A program made the translations under genes and the position numbers. The notes below the pieces were generated by a model. The model was not told where the DNA came from. It was given only the letters and a program-made list of their open reading frames with translations, and did no database searches. From Blepharisma stoltei ATCC 30299 (Eukaryota > Protista > Ciliophora): a DNA stretch of 64,000 bases. Position 1 is the stretch's first letter; each line of letters begins with the position of its first letter. This document shows, one piece after another, positions 60,518 to 64,000 of the stretch. The DNA is taken from positions 310,001 to 374,000 of the forward strand of contig CBFDEM010000005.1 of assembly GCA_965603825.1 (NCBI GenBank). The letters run 5' to 3'.

Positions 60518-61384
60518 ACACGTGTTTATAAATGGAGCAAGCTTATAAACTCACAAGGCATTTTTGTGAATTAGAGAGCACTAAAGAGAGAAAGCCGTAT
60601 TCTTCTGTATGTAGATAATGAGGAAAGATATAAACTTCATAACATCAGAAACATTTCACTTGAGCAATATCGACTTTATTACATCTGGGCAGGCTCACAA
60701 ATAGAAATTTCATTCAAAAAATTGGCTAACAGAATTTTTTAAGTTCTTTAACTAGCAAAATTTTAAACTCTATGAGCACCAAGTTCAATTAAAATAAAAT
60801 TCCATTGCAATCTTTAAACTGAAAGAAAAATTTAAAATTATTTGAAATTTAAAATTCAAATTTTAAGCAAATTGCATAAAATTTGTTAGATTATCAATCC
60901 TTATAAAGCAATTAATAGTTTTATCATTAAAATTGCAAAGGGCCACTAGAGTTAAAGAAAAATTTATAGCTCTTGAAATTTTACCACTCTAATAAAAGTA
61001 TCATGTAAAATCTTAATTAGAGTGCTGACTTATGTTTGGTGCAAAAGCGGAGTTTATAATGGAGAAATAGGACTTAAAGCTAAACATTGAAAATTTTAAT
61101 GGGCGAAAGCTCTTGAAATGATATGGCTCCAATGAATAAGCAATGCAAAATCTCTAGTTGAATGCTGACTGACGCTTGATGTATAAAACAGAATTTCGTA
61201 ACTCAGAATGCCAAACTAATCCTATTTTGATTAAATAATCTACCAAGGTTAAAGAATTCGACCCACATATCTAAAGAATTTTTTTAATGAAGAAATTGGG
61301 CATCCCTAAATAGGTGTAGGCTTTCATATAGCCTATAAAAATTGAGGTTACTTATAATCAAAAATTATTCATAAACCAGTTATT

Positions 61385-62389
61385 TTAGGCTCTTATCGTG
61401 GTATTATGATACCCTGTAGAAGGCACAAAGATTGTAGTGAAGACTGTTGAAGGGTTCAATACAGGTGACACTGAAAGCACATCAAATAGCTTGTCTATAT
61501 TCATATTGGCTTGGCCGATTTGCTCAATTTGCTGTATTGCAACTGTTTTTCTGTCGTCCCAGCTTGGATCCACAAGCCAAGGATCATAATTAGTCTGTAC
61601 CAAATACCAAGTAGTTGAATTTAGTTTTGGAGCATCAACAGTTTGAGCTCTGTCCCTTACAATAACAGATCCGTCATTTTCATTCACACCTCCAAGAATA
61701 TAATAAGTTGCATCAGCAAGTTTAGCATTATACAAATATGTAAACGCATCTTCGTATGAGTTCTCATTAATCAAAGCTTGCCTAATAGCCCACAAATCCC
61801 CTTGATATCCTAAAAACAGTGCATAATTATTATCCAGCTTTGAGCCACTATCTCTCTGGTTTTGAGTAATAGAGAAGCCAGAATAGCTTATTCCAGTTCC
61901 AACCCCAAGGTACCAAGCAAAGCCAACCGATGTATAAAGAAGCTTCCCATCTTTGGTGACGTCAATAACTACAGTGGTGTTTCTTAAAAACTCTTCAGAA
62001 TCATAGTCAAGATTTCTTCCATGGATAATTGTGCCATTTGTTAATCTAACAACAATGGAGGTGCAAAATGCATTGTACTCGTACATGAAGTTTAAAAAAG
62101 CTGCTTCTTTGTAAGTGATGTTTACTGTTTGGGCCATCCCTTGAAGCTCTTGTTTGAATTCTGGGTTGATATAGCCTCTATTAAGCAAAATCATCAAAAG
62201 ATCAAGCTTAATAGGAGTGATGGAATACTTAGCATAATTCTGAGCAAAAGTTTTGATAATGGAAGCATATGGAGCTTGCACATGAGCCCATCTTGTAGAT
62301 GGTGGATCATTTAGACTGACTGTATAGCGCTCTGGAACTGAGTTACCAATCGTAGATAAAACGAATAAAGCAAAGAATAATAGCTTCAT
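61385..62389 (-). CDS. Acid ceramidase / NAAA-like Ntn hydrolase
   Basis: Signal peptide, LNDPPSTRW, cleavage/nucleophile FCTSIV, HGRNLDY, LVQTNYDPW, DDRK. Confidence 0.92.
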   Translation of the reverse strand: MKLLFFALFVLSTIGNSVPERYTVSLNDPPSTRWAHVQAPYASIIKTFAQNYAKYSITPIKLDLLMILLNRGYINPEFKQELQGMAQTVNITYKEAAFLNFMYEYNAFCTSIVVRLTNGTIIHGRNLDYDSEEFLRNTTVVIDVTKDGKLLYTSVGFAWYLGVGTGISYSGFSITQNQRDSGSKLDNNYALFLGYQGDLWAIRQALINENSYEDAFTYLYNAKLADATYYILGGVNENDGSVIVRDRAQTVDAPKLNSTTWYLVQTNYDPWLVDPSWDDRKTVAIQQIEQIGQANMNIDKLFDVLSVSPVLNPSTVFTTIFVPSTGYHNTTIRA

Positions 62390-62808
62390 TATGTTTATAA
62401 TAATATATTCTCCTGAAGTAATTATCTAATTTAATTTAATTCAACTAGATCCTCAAAAGACGTAGGTAATCAACTTTTCTTAAATAGATTAAGATCCATA
62501 ATTTTTATTAGTAAAATCTGCTGGTTGAAAGTTTATGCTTGATAATTCATTAAAAGCAATAATTCATAACCTAATAAATATTAATTTTGAAGCAGTCCAG
62601 CTTGCAATCCTTATGCTAACTTTCAAACATAATATGCATTTTGATTTCTATATGGATTTTGCAGAGACTTATGTTTTATAAGCTTATCCCACACGATATC
62701 GAAGTTAAGATTTTAAGAATTATTAATTAATGTATTTGCTTTTTGTTCAGAGAGTAGTTTACAATTAGTTTTATATTTTCAAATATTATAAAAACAATTA
62801 ACAAAATA

Positions 62809-64000
62809 TTAGCTAGAAGATACTTTATTCACTACTGATCTTCCTCTTAGTTTCTCAACAACAAAGTAGCTGGATCTTTCAGTAGATCGTAACACTTTTC
62901 TGATGAAGTCTTGATCATGAGAAATTATCATCATTTGCAGCTTTGGGTTTCCGTTAACTAAGCTAGCAATTGCATCTCCTAGTCCATCTGTATTATCAAT
63001 ATCCATATTAGTCGTTGGCTCATCAAGCGCAATAATACAGTTTCCACTTGAAAAGGCTTGAGCCAGTGCAATTCTAATTATTAAAGATGCTAGCATCCTT
63101 TGTCCAGCTGAGCATCTTCCTCTCATATCTAATTCTGTATTATTCCCAATTAAAGTGATCCTATAATTATAAGAAACTCCTTTATCCTTCTGAATCGGGT
63201 CTGTTTTTATCATAATAGTCTCTATATCTCTTCCTTTATAAGTTTCTGTTCATAAAGTTCGCAAAATCATATTGATTTGGTCGATTTTTTGTTGGTGATA
63301 TTTTATTATTGCATTGTCCAAACATTTTATAAACGACTTATGCTCGCCAATTGACTTTTCCAATATTCGTGTTTCAATATAAAGATGCGCAGCTTTAGTT
63401 TCAGACATTGAAGTTGGCTTTTTGCTGAGCTCTTTAAGTTCTTCTTGAATTGAGGATAAGCGTCCTTCAATCCTGCCTTGCTCCACTTTTATATCTAGTT
63501 CTCTTTCTTGTAAGTCTTTAAGCATAGCTCCATCAAATTGGCTTAACTTCTGGTCTAGTTCAACTATTTCCCCTTCAAGCTTGCGCAAATCAGCTTTGAA
63601 TTCTTGCTGCTTTTTGAGCTCATTGAATTTGCTAAATGACACTTGCAAATCTAAAAGTTCTTTAGAAGTTGACTGCATGGCAATTGATAGATTTTTATGT
63701 TTTTCTTTTGAAATTGAAAGCTCAGATTGTATATTATCCAGAAGGTTGTCTAGCAATTTCATTTGAGATAGTGTGTCTTGATATGAGCTTGAATATGAGC
63801 AGGATTCAAGATATGAGTTGTAGATAGACTCAAATCGAGAGATTTTTGAGTTCATAGCATTTTGGTTTGAAGACTTGCTAGATTTTTCGTTTTGGAGAGC
63901 TTCTTCAGCCTCTTTGATTTTGGTTTTCAAAGGATCAATTTCGCTGGATTTTTGCTCTATTTGTTTCCTCTTATTAATGATTTCTTCTTCTAGTGAAATT
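62809..64000 (-). CDS. RAD50: DNA repair protein Rad50, C-terminal part (5' beyond window)
   Basis: Coiled coil, then AIIKYHQQKIDQIN, LW(TGA)TETYKGRDI, LDMRGRCSAGQRMLAS, LDEPTTN, IISHD. Confidence 0.95.

Noticed and set aside
60520-61380. Long spacer as a retained IES, MITE or hidden gene (also 48070-48945 and 5330-5820)
   Set aside because: No terminal inverted repeats, transposase frame or sustained ORF seen. Retained IESs cannot be judged without germline reads.
885-63252. In-frame TGAs as selenocysteine or as pseudogene stops
   Set aside because: They are too frequent, they align to Trp rather than Cys, and they interchange with TGG between paralogs.
1889-63766. Many short antisense or alternate-frame ORFs in the track (e.g. 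4389..4673, 10333..10707, 25279..25671, 28984..29445, 34757..35176, 57948..58244)
   Set aside because: They are shadows of well-supported genes on the other strand or frame, rich in F/S/L and without motifs.
1-64000. Prokaryotic features (CRISPR, operons, Mycoplasma-type code 4 genome)
   Set aside because: Gene content is eukaryotic (Sm, Rab, Sec24, dynein) with spliceosomal introns. No repeat-spacer arrays.

Overview
This is gene-dense, AT-rich eukaryotic DNA from a ciliate macronuclear-type genome. TGA is read as Trp, only TAA/TAG stop, and introns are 15-16 nt GT...AG. That combination matches the heterotrich Blepharisma (inferred, not searched). The supplied ORF track uses the wrong code, so it splits or misses genes. 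Re-reading with TGA=Trp and removing 18 tiny introns gives about 48 protein-coding genes or gene relics. Recognisable ones: NAA35, a PAP2 phosphatase, TK1, two damaged enoyl-CoA hydratases, CCDC57, PEX13, WNK, DUF455, RNase T2, a MAP3K, a cytochrome b5-like protein, NUDT19, an FBA lectin, LC8, a START protein, CCDC86, a cNMP-gated K+ channel, MOK, two anoctamins, a sorting nexin, a Rab, SmD3, RTF1, PLAC8, CNOT4, ABCC, SEC24, MOG1, HYOU1, acid ceramidase and RAD50. I saw no rRNA, tRNA, transposon, CRISPR or telomere array. Best leads: (1) a WNK kinase ending in a bacterial-type peptidoglycan-binding domain; (2) a 68-aa stand-alone protein resembling the PDCD4 ribosome-binding segment; (3) divergent SmD3/RTF1 start codons only 7 bp apart; (4) a lipid-anchored FBA lectin domain with no F-box; (5) stop-free 15-nt introns hidden at the same site in both anoctamin paralogs. 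All family calls come from motif recognition by eye; no database search was run.
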